Assembly (NCBI GenBank): GCA_963709585.1
Contig: CAVPXI010000019.1
Coordinates: 1 to 16,551, forward strand
From: Candidatus Dormiibacterota bacterium
Lineage (GTDB): Bacteria > Chloroflexota > Dormibacteria > Aeolococcales > Aeolococcaceae
Reading direction: 5' to 3'
Length of the DNA: 16,551 bases
The position numbers and the translations under genes were made by a program. Each line of letters starts with the position of its first letter. Positions within the stretch are counted from its first letter, which is position 1. The notes under the pieces are model-generated. The model had not been told where the DNA came from. It worked only from the letters and a program-made list of their open reading frames with translations, and did not search any database. Below, in pieces: positions 1-7,740 of this stretch.

Positions 1-219
1 CTCACCGATGCGATGCATCCCGACGGGTTCAACATCGGCATCAACCAGGGAAGCGCCGCGGGCGCGAGCGCCGAGCACGTCCATCTTCATGTGGTGCCGC
101 GCTGGTCTGGGGACACCAACTTCATGCCCGTGATCGGCGACGTCAAGGTGCTCCCGCAGGATCTCGAGACCACCGCCGCGAATCTGCGCGAGGCCTTCGT
201 TCGCCTCGGACCGCTATAG
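1..219 (+). CDS. HIT-family nucleotide hydrolase/phosphorylase (Ap4A phosphorylase-like), 3' part; 5' end lies outside the window
   Basis: Frame 1 is open from base 1. Translation has [11 protein letters not shown] and the histidine triad [10 protein letters not shown] followed by [10 protein letters not shown], typical of actinobacterial Rv2613c-like HIT proteins. Stop TAG at 217-219. Confidence 0.9.
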   Translation, partial: LTDAMHPDGFNIGINQGSAAGASAEHVHLHVVPRWSGDTNFMPVIGDVKVLPQDLETTAANLREAFVRLGPL

Positions 220-229
220 TCCTTGGCAG

Positions 230-322
230 ATGGGCTCGGTAATCAAGAAGCGGCGCAAGAAGATGCGCAAGCACAAGCATAAGAAGATGCTGAAGAAGAC
301 GAGGTGGGCGCGCCGCGGTTAG
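230..322 (+). CDS. 30S ribosomal protein bS22 (AURKAIP1/COX24-domain small basic protein), 30 aa
   Basis: Hand translation from ATG 230 to TAG 322: MGSVIKKRRKKMRKHKHKKMLKKTRWARRG. The MGSVIKKRRK.M.K.KH.K pattern is the bS22 signature. Too short for the ORF track. Confidence 0.92.
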   Translation: MGSVIKKRRKKMRKHKHKKMLKKTRWARRG

Positions 323-339
323 CCGCGACGGCGAACCCG

Positions 340-1290
340 TCAGGCGCGCGCGTACGAGTGCAGCCCGGCGATCCAGAGGTTGACCGCGTAGAGCGTGAAC
401 AGGATGGCCGCGAACCCGAACGCGGTGATGATCGCGGCTCGCTTCTCCTTCCACCCGTAGGTGACGCGGGCGTGGAGATAGATCGCAAAGACAACCCACG
501 TGATGAACGCGAACGTCTCCTTGGGATCCCAGCCCCAGTAGCGACCCCAGGCGTGCTCACCCCAGATGGCACCGCAGATGACTCCGAATGTCCAGATCGG
601 GAAGCCGATCATCACGAAGCGATAGCTCCAGCCGTCCAGCATCCCCGCCCCGGGGAGGGCCCGCTGCAGCCAGGTTGCGACCGGATGCCTCCCTCCGCCG
701 GCGAAGCCTCCGCCTGACCCGCCCCCGCCCATGGTCATGGTCGCGACGCCGCCGCTGCTCACACTTGACGCTACCGTCGCCGGCGCCACCGCGAGCAGCC
801 GGTTGTCGGCCCAGCGCCGCGCCAGATACGCCATCCCGAAGAAGAAGGAGAAGCTCAGGACCGCCGATGACGTGGCCATCGAGGTGACGTGGATCGTCAG
901 CCAGTAGCTGTGCAGAGCGGGGACCAGCTGCCCCGGCGGCACGTAGAGCATGTAGGCGACGCCCATCAGGGCGACCGTGACGATCATCGCCGGCAACCCG
1001 ATGAGGCGCATCCGGGCCCGAACCATGAGGACCACGCAGACGGTGACGAGCACGAAGGCGATCCCCGTCGAGTACTCGTACATGTTGCCGAGCGGCCAGT
1101 GGCCGGCCTCCAGGGCGCGCGTGAAGATCGATGCGAAATGGATCGGCCAGCCGATGAGCACCAGCGCCATTCCGACGTCGCCGAGGACCCGCTTGCGGAA
1201 GGCCAGATGGAGCACGAAAGCGACTACGGCGAGGGTGTATGCGGCGACCGCTATCCCGAAGAGAACCAGGGACGCCGGGGTGCTCGACAT
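340..1290 (-). CDS. ccsB: Cytochrome c biogenesis system II heme-attachment membrane protein (CcsB in actinobacterial naming; CcsA/ResC family)
   Basis: Multiple TM segments, HWPLGNMYE, LVPALHSYWLTIHV, the WWD motif WGRYWGWDPKE and the conserved YLH. Start placed at ATG 1290 (MSSTPAS) because a TATACT box lies just upstream and the longer 1422 start would overlap the divergent gene's promoter. Confidence 0.93.
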   Translation of the reverse strand: MSSTPASLVLFGIAVAAYTLAVVAFVLHLAFRKRVLGDVGMALVLIGWPIHFASIFTRALEAGHWPLGNMYEYSTGIAFVLVTVCVVLMVRARMRLIGLPAMIVTVALMGVAYMLYVPPGQLVPALHSYWLTIHVTSMATSSAVLSFSFFFGMAYLARRWADNRLLAVAPATVASSVSSGGVATMTMGGGGSGGGFAGGGRHPVATWLQRALPGAGMLDGWSYRFVMIGFPIWTFGVICGAIWGEHAWGRYWGWDPKETFAFITWVVFAIYLHARVTYGWKEKRAAIITAFGFAAILFTLYAVNLWIAGLHSYARA

Positions 1291-1301
1291 GCCTGCGGGC
1301 G

Positions 1302-1307
1302 AGTATA
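1302..1307 (-). promoter_or_regulatory. Putative -10 box (TATACT) of ccsB
   Basis: The reverse complement of AGTATA at 1302-1307 is TATACT, 11 nt upstream of ATG 1290. Confidence 0.5.
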
Positions 1308-1408
1308 GCCACCGGTAGCGGCGAGGCAGCCTCGGCGCCCATCGCACAGAGATGCCATCCAGCCTGTAAAGGAATGAACGCGAGCCCCCCGTTTCCACGG
1401 CGCCTCCG

Positions 1409-1414
1409 TACCAT
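1409..1414 (+). promoter_or_regulatory. Putative -10 box (TACCAT) of a leaderless response regulator transcript
   Basis: TANNNT hexamer followed by exactly 7 nt and then ATG 1422. Confidence 0.45.
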
Positions 1415-1421
1415 GGGGGCA

Positions 1422-1800
1422 ATGTCCCGGCCGCGCGTTCTGCTTGCCGACGATGACCCGCGCGTGCTCTCCGTCGTCTCCCGCTACCTCGACCTCGAGG
1501 GGTACGAGATGTCCACGGCGTCCGATGGGGAAGCCGCTGTCGCGATCGCGGCGGCCGATCACCCCGACCTGATCATCCTCGACATCATGATGCCGGGCAT
1601 CGACGGCATCGAGGCCTGCCTGGCAGATCAGGGCGAATGCGGCGACCGCCCAAACCCCCGTGCTCATGTTCAGCGCCCTTTCCGAGGAGGCCGAGGCCGC
1701 CCGGCTCGCCGGGGCGGACGGCATGCTCCCCAAGCCCTTCAATCTGCCCGCTCTTGCCGAGGCGGTGAAAACGTTTTTCGCGACTCGGACGGCTTCGTAG
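1422..1800 (+). CDS. Single-domain response regulator receiver (CheY-like), with an apparent +1 frameshift at ~1620-1621
   Basis: RVLLADDD...PDLIILDIMMPGIDGIEAC in one frame. Removing one base at TGCCTGGCAG continues into QIRANAATAQTPVLMFSALSEE...AGADGMLPKPFNLPALAEAVKTFF, stop TAG 1798-1800. Acidic pocket, phospho-Asp, Ser and KP motifs are all present after correction. Confidence 0.88.
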
Positions 1801-1819
1801 GCGCCTCGAGCGCCCGCCC

Positions 1820-1825
1820 TATACT
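1820..1825 (+). promoter_or_regulatory. Putative -10 box (TATACT) for tRNA-Ala
   Basis: TATACT in GC-rich context about 28 nt upstream of the tRNA 5' end; no convincing -35 seen. Confidence 0.45.
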
Positions 1826-1853
1826 GCAAAACGCCTCGGCGTGACCTGATCCC

Positions 1854-1928
1854 GGGGCGGTAGCTCAGCTGGGAGAGCGCTGCCCTCGCACGGCAGAGGT
1901 CGGGGGTTCGAGTCCCCCCGCTCCACCA
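1854..1928 (+). tRNA. tRNA-Ala, anticodon CGC
   Basis: GGGGCGG acceptor 5' strand with G3.U70 alanine determinant, D arm GCTC/GAGC, anticodon stem CTGCC/GGCAG with loop CT-CGC-AC, T loop TTCGAGT, discriminator A and encoded CCA. It is 75 nt, one C short in the C run at 1914-1919. Confidence 0.96.
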
Positions 1929-1991
1929 CCGGTCTTCTAGGGCCCTTCACGACGAGCGGAGCAGAGCGCAGCTTGCAGCCGGCCGCTTCGG

Positions 1992-2402
1992 TCACCGGGT
2001 GCCGCGGGGCGTCAGCCACCGGGTTGCCTGTCCCGTGACGTCGGCGACATGATCAAAGTCGCTGTCGTAATGGACGAGCGTGAGCCCGTGGCGCTCCGCA
2101 ACTGCAGCGATGAGTAGATCGGGGATACCGACCGAGCGATGCTTGCCCTTCTCGGCGAGCAGCACCATGACCTGACCGGCACGGTCCCAATCCTCCTGAT
2201 GGGTCTCGACGAGGCGGAATCCGGCCTGCCGTTCTTCGATGATCTCAAGGAGCGCACGGTGGCTTGTAGCGCTATAGAGGATCTCCAGGTCGGTCATGGA
2301 GCTGCGCCGCACATTGCCGTCCATGATCTCGGACGCTAACCATTCGGTCCCTGCTAAGCCGACTCGCACGAGCGCGCTCTTGTCGGCGAGATAGGCCGCC
2401 AT
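1992..2402 (-). CDS. vapC: VapC PIN-domain ribonuclease toxin (resembles the mycobacterial VapC2-type)
   Basis: YLADKSA N-terminal motif, LEILYSA, GKHRSVGIPDLLIAAVAE and VHYDSDFD give the PIN acidic tetrad. Start overlaps the stop of the upstream antitoxin (TGATG). Confidence 0.93.
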   Translation of the reverse strand: MAAYLADKSALVRVGLAGTEWLASEIMDGNVRRSSMTDLEILYSATSHRALLEIIEERQAGFRLVETHQEDWDRAGQVMVLLAEKGKHRSVGIPDLLIAAVAERHGLTLVHYDSDFDHVADVTGQATRWLTPRGTR

Positions 2403-2635
2403 CAGCGCCAGGCAGACTGCATGACGTCGGGGTCGTCGAGTTCGATGTCCTTGTGTTGTGAGAGCCTCTCGATGAACCGCCGGCGGGAAGCTCGGGCGGC
2501 AACCTCTCGGAGAGCACCGTTCACGGTGTCGACAAGAGTGCTGGTACCGAGCTCGTCCTGCGCTTCACGGGCGGCCTGACGATCCACGGCGATTGTGGTC
2601 TTGCGCTCGCGGCTGAACTCGGCTCTGGCGGTCAT
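2402..2635 (-). CDS. vapB: VapB antitoxin, 77 aa
   Basis: MTARAEFSRERKTTIAVD...LGTSTLVDTVNGALREV...LDDPDVMQSAWR is a typical VapB pattern. GAAGGAG RBS upstream of ATG 2635; coupled to vapC. Confidence 0.88.
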   Translation of the reverse strand: MTARAEFSRERKTTIAVDRQAAREAQDELGTSTLVDTVNGALREVAARASRRRFIERLSQHKDIELDDPDVMQSAWR

Positions 2636-2683
2636 GTCTTCTCCTTCGGGATACCTAAGAAGTCTAGCAGAGCTATCCCAGCA

Positions 2684-2711
2684 GAGAGCATCTAGATATC
2701 CGCATGCTCTC
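2684..2711. promoter_or_regulatory. Inverted repeat GAGAGCAT-N12-ATGCTCTC, likely operator of the leftward vapBC
   Basis: Perfect 8-bp inverted repeat enclosing ATCTAGAT and GATATC palindromes in an AT-richer patch 50-75 nt upstream of vapB. Confidence 0.55.
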
Positions 2712-2819
2712 ATAGATACATCTCGAACGGTCCTGGTGGCCTGCTTAAAGGATGGATTGCCGCCATCGAGCTCTTCACCAAGTGCCGCGGGGATTGCCAT
2801 CATGGACACGTCCCAGCCT

Positions 2820-2836
2820 GCATGCATAATGCATGC
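2820..2836. promoter_or_regulatory. Inverted repeat GCATGCAT-A-ATGCATGC, likely operator of the rightward vapBC
   Basis: Perfect 8-bp inverted repeat with a 1-nt spacer. It abuts a CACAAT box (2837-2842) that lies 7 nt before ATG 2850. Confidence 0.6.
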
Positions 2837-2849
2837 CACAATTCCAGGT

Positions 2850-3077
2850 ATGAGCAGGCCGCTCCAGATTCGCGAGGTCCCTGACGATATCGTCGATGCC
2901 CTGAAGGCGAAAGCAGAAAAGGAGCATCTCTCCCTGGCTGCCTACGCGCTGAGGGTGCTCGAGCGAGATGCCGTGACGCCGTCGCTCGCCGACGTGCTCG
3001 CTCGACCGCCGAGGCGGTCTTCGATCACACGGGAGCAGATCGTCGATGCCATCCGAGCGGATCGCGACATCCGTTGA
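2850..3077 (+). CDS. vapB: FitA/VapB-like ribbon-helix-helix antitoxin, 75 aa
   Basis: MSRPLQIREVPDDIVDALKAKAEKEHLSLAAYALRVLE is an RHH pattern; C-terminus IVDAIRADRD. Stop overlaps the next start (TTGA). Confidence 0.88.
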   Translation: MSRPLQIREVPDDIVDALKAKAEKEHLSLAAYALRVLERDAVTPSLADVLARPPRRSSITREQIVDAIRADRDIR

Positions 3078-3457
3078 TAGTCATCGACGCCTCGGTACTG
3101 GTCGGCGCGGTCCTGGGTTCGGACGCTGCACTGGTTGCCCGGCTGTTGCGCGAGCCGGCGCTGCACGGGCCTGAACTGCTTCCACTGGAGGCAGGTTCGG
3201 TACTGCGTCGCTTCGTCCTCGGCGGAAAGTTGAGTGAACGCGCAGCGCGGATTTCCCTCGGGAAGGTGGAGGCGTTGCCACTCACGCTGCACTCTCACCG
3301 TGGCTTGCTCGCTCGGATCTGGGAGCTGCGAGCCACCATGACCGTCTACGACGCGGCGTACGTGGCCCTCGCCGAAGCGCTGGGGCTCCCGCTGGTCACC
3401 TCCGACAGCCGCCTGTCCAGAGCGCCCGGCCTCCGCTGCAGCGTTGACGTCGTCTGA
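3074..3457 (+). CDS. vapC: VapC PIN-domain ribonuclease toxin (MIVIDAS type)
   Basis: MIVIDASVL, LHGPELLPLE, MTVYDAAYVALAEALGLPLVTSDSRL PIN motifs; TTG start coupled to the antitoxin. Confidence 0.93.
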   Translation: MIVIDASVLVGAVLGSDAALVARLLREPALHGPELLPLEAGSVLRRFVLGGKLSERAARISLGKVEALPLTLHSHRGLLARIWELRATMTVYDAAYVALAEALGLPLVTSDSRLSRAPGLRCSVDVV

Positions 3458-3466
3458 GTGCAGCGG

Positions 3467-4342
3467 TCAGGCGGGGCCGATCTGGGCGAGCAGCGGGACG
3501 ATCCTGCCGAGCTCCCGAGCCGTCGCCACCGGATCGGGCGTCGTATTCCGGACCCCGACCATGGCGATCCCCAGCTTCGCGTACTCCTCCATGTCCCGCA
3601 GGAAGCCGTCGACATCTTTGGTCGGGTCGGCCGCGCCCTGGATGGTCTTCTTGATTGTGGCCATGTCGCGACCCTCGTCCTCGCAGTGACGGCCGAGTAT
3701 GTCGAGCTTGCGCTTCACCTCCACGGGTCCGAGCGCGAAGAGGTTGCACGCGTCGGCATAGCGCGCCACGAGCTTGAGGGTCTTGCGCTCGCCACCGCCA
3801 CCGATGAGGATCTTGGGGCGAGGCTGCTGTACGGGTTGCGGGTGGCACAGGGTCTCGGCGAGGTGGTAGTGCTTGCCGTCGTACGGCCCGTCGTTGTCGC
3901 TCCACATCTGATTGCAGATCTGCAGCGTCTCCTCGAGTTGCTCGAAGCGCTCCGCGATCGGCGGGAAGGGCACACCCAGGGCGAGGTGCTCGCGCTCGTA
4001 CCACGCAGCGCCGATCCCGAGCATGGCCCGCCCACCGGAGACGACGTCGAGGGTGGTGACGATCTTGGCGAGCAGGCCGGGGTGCCGGTAGGTGACGCCC
4101 GTCACCATGAGCGACAGGGTCATCCGCTCGGTTTTCCCTGCAACGAAGCCGAGCGCTGTGTAGCCCTCGAGCATCGGATCCTGGGCGGTGGCGAAGCCCT
4201 CCATCTGGAACCAGTGGTCCATCATCGTGAAGGTCGAGCAGCCGGCTGCCTCTGCGGCCTGGGCGGTCGCCGCCAGGGTCGGACCCAGAGCCTTGCTTCC
4301 GCCCGGAAGGGTGAAATTCATGAAGTGAAGAGCGAGTTCCAT
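3467..4342 (-). CDS. LLM-class probable F420-dependent oxidoreductase (Rv1855c-like)
   Basis: MDHWFQM, DPMLEGYTALGFVA, VTGVTYRHPGLLAKIVTTLDVVSGGRAMLGIGAAWYEREH and ILIGGGGERKTLKLVARYADACN. Confidence 0.92.
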   Translation of the reverse strand: MELALHFMNFTLPGGSKALGPTLAATAQAAEAAGCSTFTMMDHWFQMEGFATAQDPMLEGYTALGFVAGKTERMTLSLMVTGVTYRHPGLLAKIVTTLDVVSGGRAMLGIGAAWYEREHLALGVPFPPIAERFEQLEETLQICNQMWSDNDGPYDGKHYHLAETLCHPQPVQQPRPKILIGGGGERKTLKLVARYADACNLFALGPVEVKRKLDILGRHCEDEGRDMATIKKTIQGAADPTKDVDGFLRDMEEYAKLGIAMVGVRNTTPDPVATARELGRIVPLLAQIGPA

Positions 4343-4552
4343 CAGATGACTCCTGCGAGTTGCTCAGGCAGTGTGGGTGCGCGGTGATCGACCGCACAGG
4401 TATGGAAGGCTAGTGGACAGGGGCAAAACCGCGTTCTGTCACTCGGCGTGCGCCGGCATCACGCGGCGACCGCGATCTGCGAGTGCTGCGCGCTGCGGCT
4501 GGCGTCCCGTAGGCTACCCGGGAGCCATGTGGGCGTCCAAAGAGGATCGACT

Positions 4553-5563
4553 GTGAATCATTTCGAGGGCCGGACCATCCTGCTGACCGGAGGCACCGGG
4601 TCCTTCGGCCAGCATTTCACGCGCACCGCGCTCGCGAAGTGGAACCCCGCCGCCATCCGCATCTTCAGCCGCGACGAGCTCAAGCAGACCGAGATGGAGC
4701 GGAAGTTCGACGACCCGCGCCTCCGCTTCTTCATCGGCGACGTGCGCGATCGCGACCGGCTGCGTCGCGCCATTGAGGGCGCCGACGTGGTCATCCATGC
4801 GGCCGCGCTGAAGCACGTGCCGGTGTGCGAGTACAACCCGTTCGAGGCGATCAAGACGAACATCCTCGGCACCCAGAACGTCGCCGAGGTGTGCCTCGAC
4901 GCCGGGGTCCCTCGAGCCATGGCGCTGAGCACGGACAAGGCGGTGAGCCCGGCGAACCTCTACGGGGCGACCAAGCTGTGCGCAGAGAAGCTCTTCGTGC
5001 AGGCCAACGTGTACGCCGGGAAGCTCGCCACCCGTCTCTGCTGCGTGCGCTACGGCAACGTGGTCGGCTCCCGCGGAAGCGTCGTCCCGCTCTTCCGCGA
5101 TCAGTCGACGTCCGGCGAGCTCACTGTGACCGACGAGCGCATGACCCGTTTCTGGATCACGCTGGATCAGGCGGTCCAGTTCGTCGCCGACTGCTTCGTC
5201 GCCATGTCGGGTGGAGAGGTGTTCGTTCCCAAGATCCCGAGCACGCGGGTGCTCGACCTCGCCGAGGCGATCGCGCCCGGTCTGGCGGTCCGCTACACGG
5301 GCATCCGGCCCGGAGAGAAGCTCCACGAGTCGCTGATCACCTCAGAGGAGGCGCGCCACACCGTGGACAAGGGCTGGTGCTACGTGGTGGAGCCCGAACA
5401 CGCCTTCTGGGGTCGGCGCGAGTCCAGTGACGGAACGCCGGTTGCGGAGGACTTCGTCTACAGCAGCGATCGCAACACCCAGTGGCTCGACATCCCGGAG
5501 CTCCGCGAGTTGCTCGCAACCGTCCCGCATACGACGACGGCGGTGCCGGCGCCGGTCGGATGA
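4553..5563 (+). CDS. pseB: UDP-N-acetylglucosamine 4,6-dehydratase (inverting), PseB/FlaA1 type
   Basis: TGGTGSFG, IFSRDELKQ, HAAALKHVP.CEYNPFEAIKTN, STDKA, YGATK, VRYGNVVGSRGSV, RMTRFWITL and GIRPGEKLHE. GTG start at 4553 follows an AGAGGA RBS. Confidence 0.93.
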   Translation: MNHFEGRTILLTGGTGSFGQHFTRTALAKWNPAAIRIFSRDELKQTEMERKFDDPRLRFFIGDVRDRDRLRRAIEGADVVIHAAALKHVPVCEYNPFEAIKTNILGTQNVAEVCLDAGVPRAMALSTDKAVSPANLYGATKLCAEKLFVQANVYAGKLATRLCCVRYGNVVGSRGSVVPLFRDQSTSGELTVTDERMTRFWITLDQAVQFVADCFVAMSGGEVFVPKIPSTRVLDLAEAIAPGLAVRYTGIRPGEKLHESLITSEEARHTVDKGWCYVVEPEHAFWGRRESSDGTPVAEDFVYSSDRNTQWLDIPELRELLATVPHTTTAVPAPVG

Positions 5564-6763
5564 GCGTCACGAGCCCACCGGCGATCGCGGGAGGGACGCC
5601 GATCCGCGTACAGCCCCTCCCCTACGGGCGCCACCACCTCGACGACGCCGACATCGCCGCCGTGGTGGCCGCACTGCGCTCGGGCACGCTCACCGGCGGC
5701 GCGGCCATCGCGGATTTCGAGCACGCGCTTGCCGCCCGGGGCAACGTGGACCATGCGGTCGCAGTCGCAAACGGCAGTGTTGCACTCGACCTCGCAGTCC
5801 TCGCGCTCGGGGTCGGACCCGGAGACGAGGTGATCACGACACCGCTGACGTTCGTCGCGACCGCGAACGCGGCGCTTCGCGCCGGCGCCAAGCCGGTGTT
5901 CGCCGACATCGGGGACGACCGCTGCCTCGAACCGGAGTTGGTAGCGCGCGCCGTTACGCCACGCACCAGGGCGGTGATCACCGTCGACTACTCGGGGCTC
6001 CCCTCGGACATCGGGGCGTTGCGGGCGGCGCTGCCCCGGCCGCTTCCGATCATCGCCGACAGCGCGCATTCGCTCGGCGCCTCGCAGAACGGACGGCCGG
6101 TCGGGTCGCTCGCCGACATCACCACGCTCAGCTTCCATCCGGTGAAACAGATCACCACCGGTGAGGGGGGCGCGTGCCTGACATCCGACCCCGATGTTGC
6201 CGACCGCATTCGCAAGCTGCGCAACCACGGGATGACCAGCACCGCCGACGAACGAAGCGGCGCGCTCTGGAAATATGACGTCACCATGCTCGGCGACAAC
6301 CACCGCATCACCGCGTTACAGGCAGCACTCGGCACCTCGCAGCTGCGTCGCCTCAACGACGTGGTTGCCGAGCGAAGCGAGATCGCCGACCGGTATGACG
6401 CGCTCCTCGGCGACATTCCCGGCATCGGTCTCCCCCCTCGACCTGGGGGCCGCCAGAGCGCGTGGCACCTCTATGCGATCGAGATCGAGCGTGACGAGTT
6501 CGGATGCGAGCGCGAACTCGGTCATCGACGCTCTGCGCGCGGAGGGAATCGAGGCGACGCTCCATTACCCCGCCGTGCATCTGCTCTCGCTCTACCGCGA
6601 GCGAGGGGGCGTTCCCGGCACGGCTCCGCGGGCCGAGCGGCTGTGCGACCGGCTCGTCACGCTCCCGCTGTACCCGGCGATGACCTCCTCCGACCAGGAC
6701 GATGTCGTCCTCGCCCTGCAACGGATCCACGCGTGGGCGGCGGCGCGCGCGGTCCCGTCGTGA
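5560..6763 (+). CDS. pseC: PseC-type DegT/DnrJ PLP-dependent sugar aminotransferase, with an apparent +1 frameshift at ~6515
   Basis: ATGA-coupled to pseB. LPYGRH, TFVATANA, IIADSAHSLG and SFHPVKQITTGEGG (PLP lysine). Removing one A in CGCGAACTCG continues into DSVIDALRAEGIEATLHYP...LVTLPLYPAMT, stop 6763. Confidence 0.88.
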
Positions 6764-7740
6764 CCAAACGGGCGCTGCTCGCCGCCGACTGCGGCAGTGG
6801 CGTCGGATTGGGGCACATCGAACGGATCCTCGCGCTCGCCGACGCGCTCACGCCCGACATGGACGTCTCCATCCTTCTGCCCCAGGGCGACGCGTCGCTG
6901 CAGCGCCGTGTTGCCGATCGGGGACACTGCGCGATCGACGCTCCGGGTCCCACATCAGAACGCGTAACTGCGGCAGTCGGCGCGGCACCCTTCGACGTGA
7001 TCGTCCTCGATGGGTACGTGTTCGACGTCGAGATGCAACATCGCATCCGCGACAGGGCGGCGCTTACAGTGGTCGACGACCTGGGTCTTCCAACCGATTG
7101 TGACCTCGCGATCAACCCGTCGCCCGGCGGAGAAACGCTGTGGCCAGCGGGGGCGACCGCATTCCTCGGGGGTGCCGCGTACGCACCGATACGGGCGCTC
7201 TTCGTGGGCGCGCGCGAACGGGCGCTGCGCGACGGCCGCGACCCGCGCACCGTGCTCGTGAGCACGGGCGCCACCGACCTCGGCGGCATCGGCAGGCAGG
7301 TGAGCCTCGAGCTGCGGAATCACGATCAGAGCGTCGAGGTCGTCCGCGTTGTCGGCCCCGATGCGGTCCCCGCCTCGCTGGATGTGCGACCGCGCGAGCG
7401 CCTGCTGGTGGCACCCCCGGAGCTTGGCGGCGCGCTCGCGACCGCGACGCTGTACGTGGGTGCCGCCGGGACGACGGCCATCCAGGCAGCATGTGTCGGC
7501 ACCCCCGCCGTGGTCACGGCCGCGGTGCCGAATCAGACGGCCCAGGCGGCAGCGCTCGCGGCGGCCGGGTGCGCGATCGCAGCGTGCCCGAACGACCTGG
7601 CCGCGGCGTGCCTGACGCTCCTCGAGGACCCTGCGCGGCGCGAAATCATGTCGGCAAGGGGACGGACCCTCGTCGACGGAGGCGGAGCCGCTCGGGTTGC
7701 CGACGCGATTCGCCATCTGGTCACCGCGCGGGCCGCGTGA
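6760..7740 (+). CDS. pseG: PseG/SpsG-family UDP-diacetamido sugar hydrolase (GT-B fold)
   Basis: GTGA-coupled start. ADCGSGVGLGHIER (GxGH motif), VLDGY, VVDD, STGATD, AAGTT and VPNQ, with C-terminal LVDGGGAARV. Confidence 0.8.
   Translation: MTKRALLAADCGSGVGLGHIERILALADALTPDMDVSILLPQGDASLQRRVADRGHCAIDAPGPTSERVTAAVGAAPFDVIVLDGYVFDVEMQHRIRDRAALTVVDDLGLPTDCDLAINPSPGGETLWPAGATAFLGGAAYAPIRALFVGARERALRDGRDPRTVLVSTGATDLGGIGRQVSLELRNHDQSVEVVRVVGPDAVPASLDVRPRERLLVAPPELGGALATATLYVGAAGTTAIQAACVGTPAVVTAAVPNQTAQAAALAAAGCAIAACPNDLAAACLTLLEDPARREIMSARGRTLVDGGGAARVADAIRHLVTARAA

Noticed and set aside
314-341. Short GC hairpins between bS22 and ccsB as a terminator
   Set aside because: Stems are only about 5 bp and have no U-tract; not distinguishable from background at this GC content.
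2595-2849. Long N-terminal extensions of both antitoxin ORFs across the spacer
   Set aside because: They overlap each other and the operators; the true starts are supported by an RBS (2635) and a -10 box (2850).
5482-7740. 752-aa apparent PseC-PseG fusion in the ORF track
   Set aside because: It is produced by the +1 shift at ~6515. The true PseC C-terminus is in the other frame and ends at 6763, where PseG has its own GTGA-coupled start; the linker is out-of-frame nonsense.
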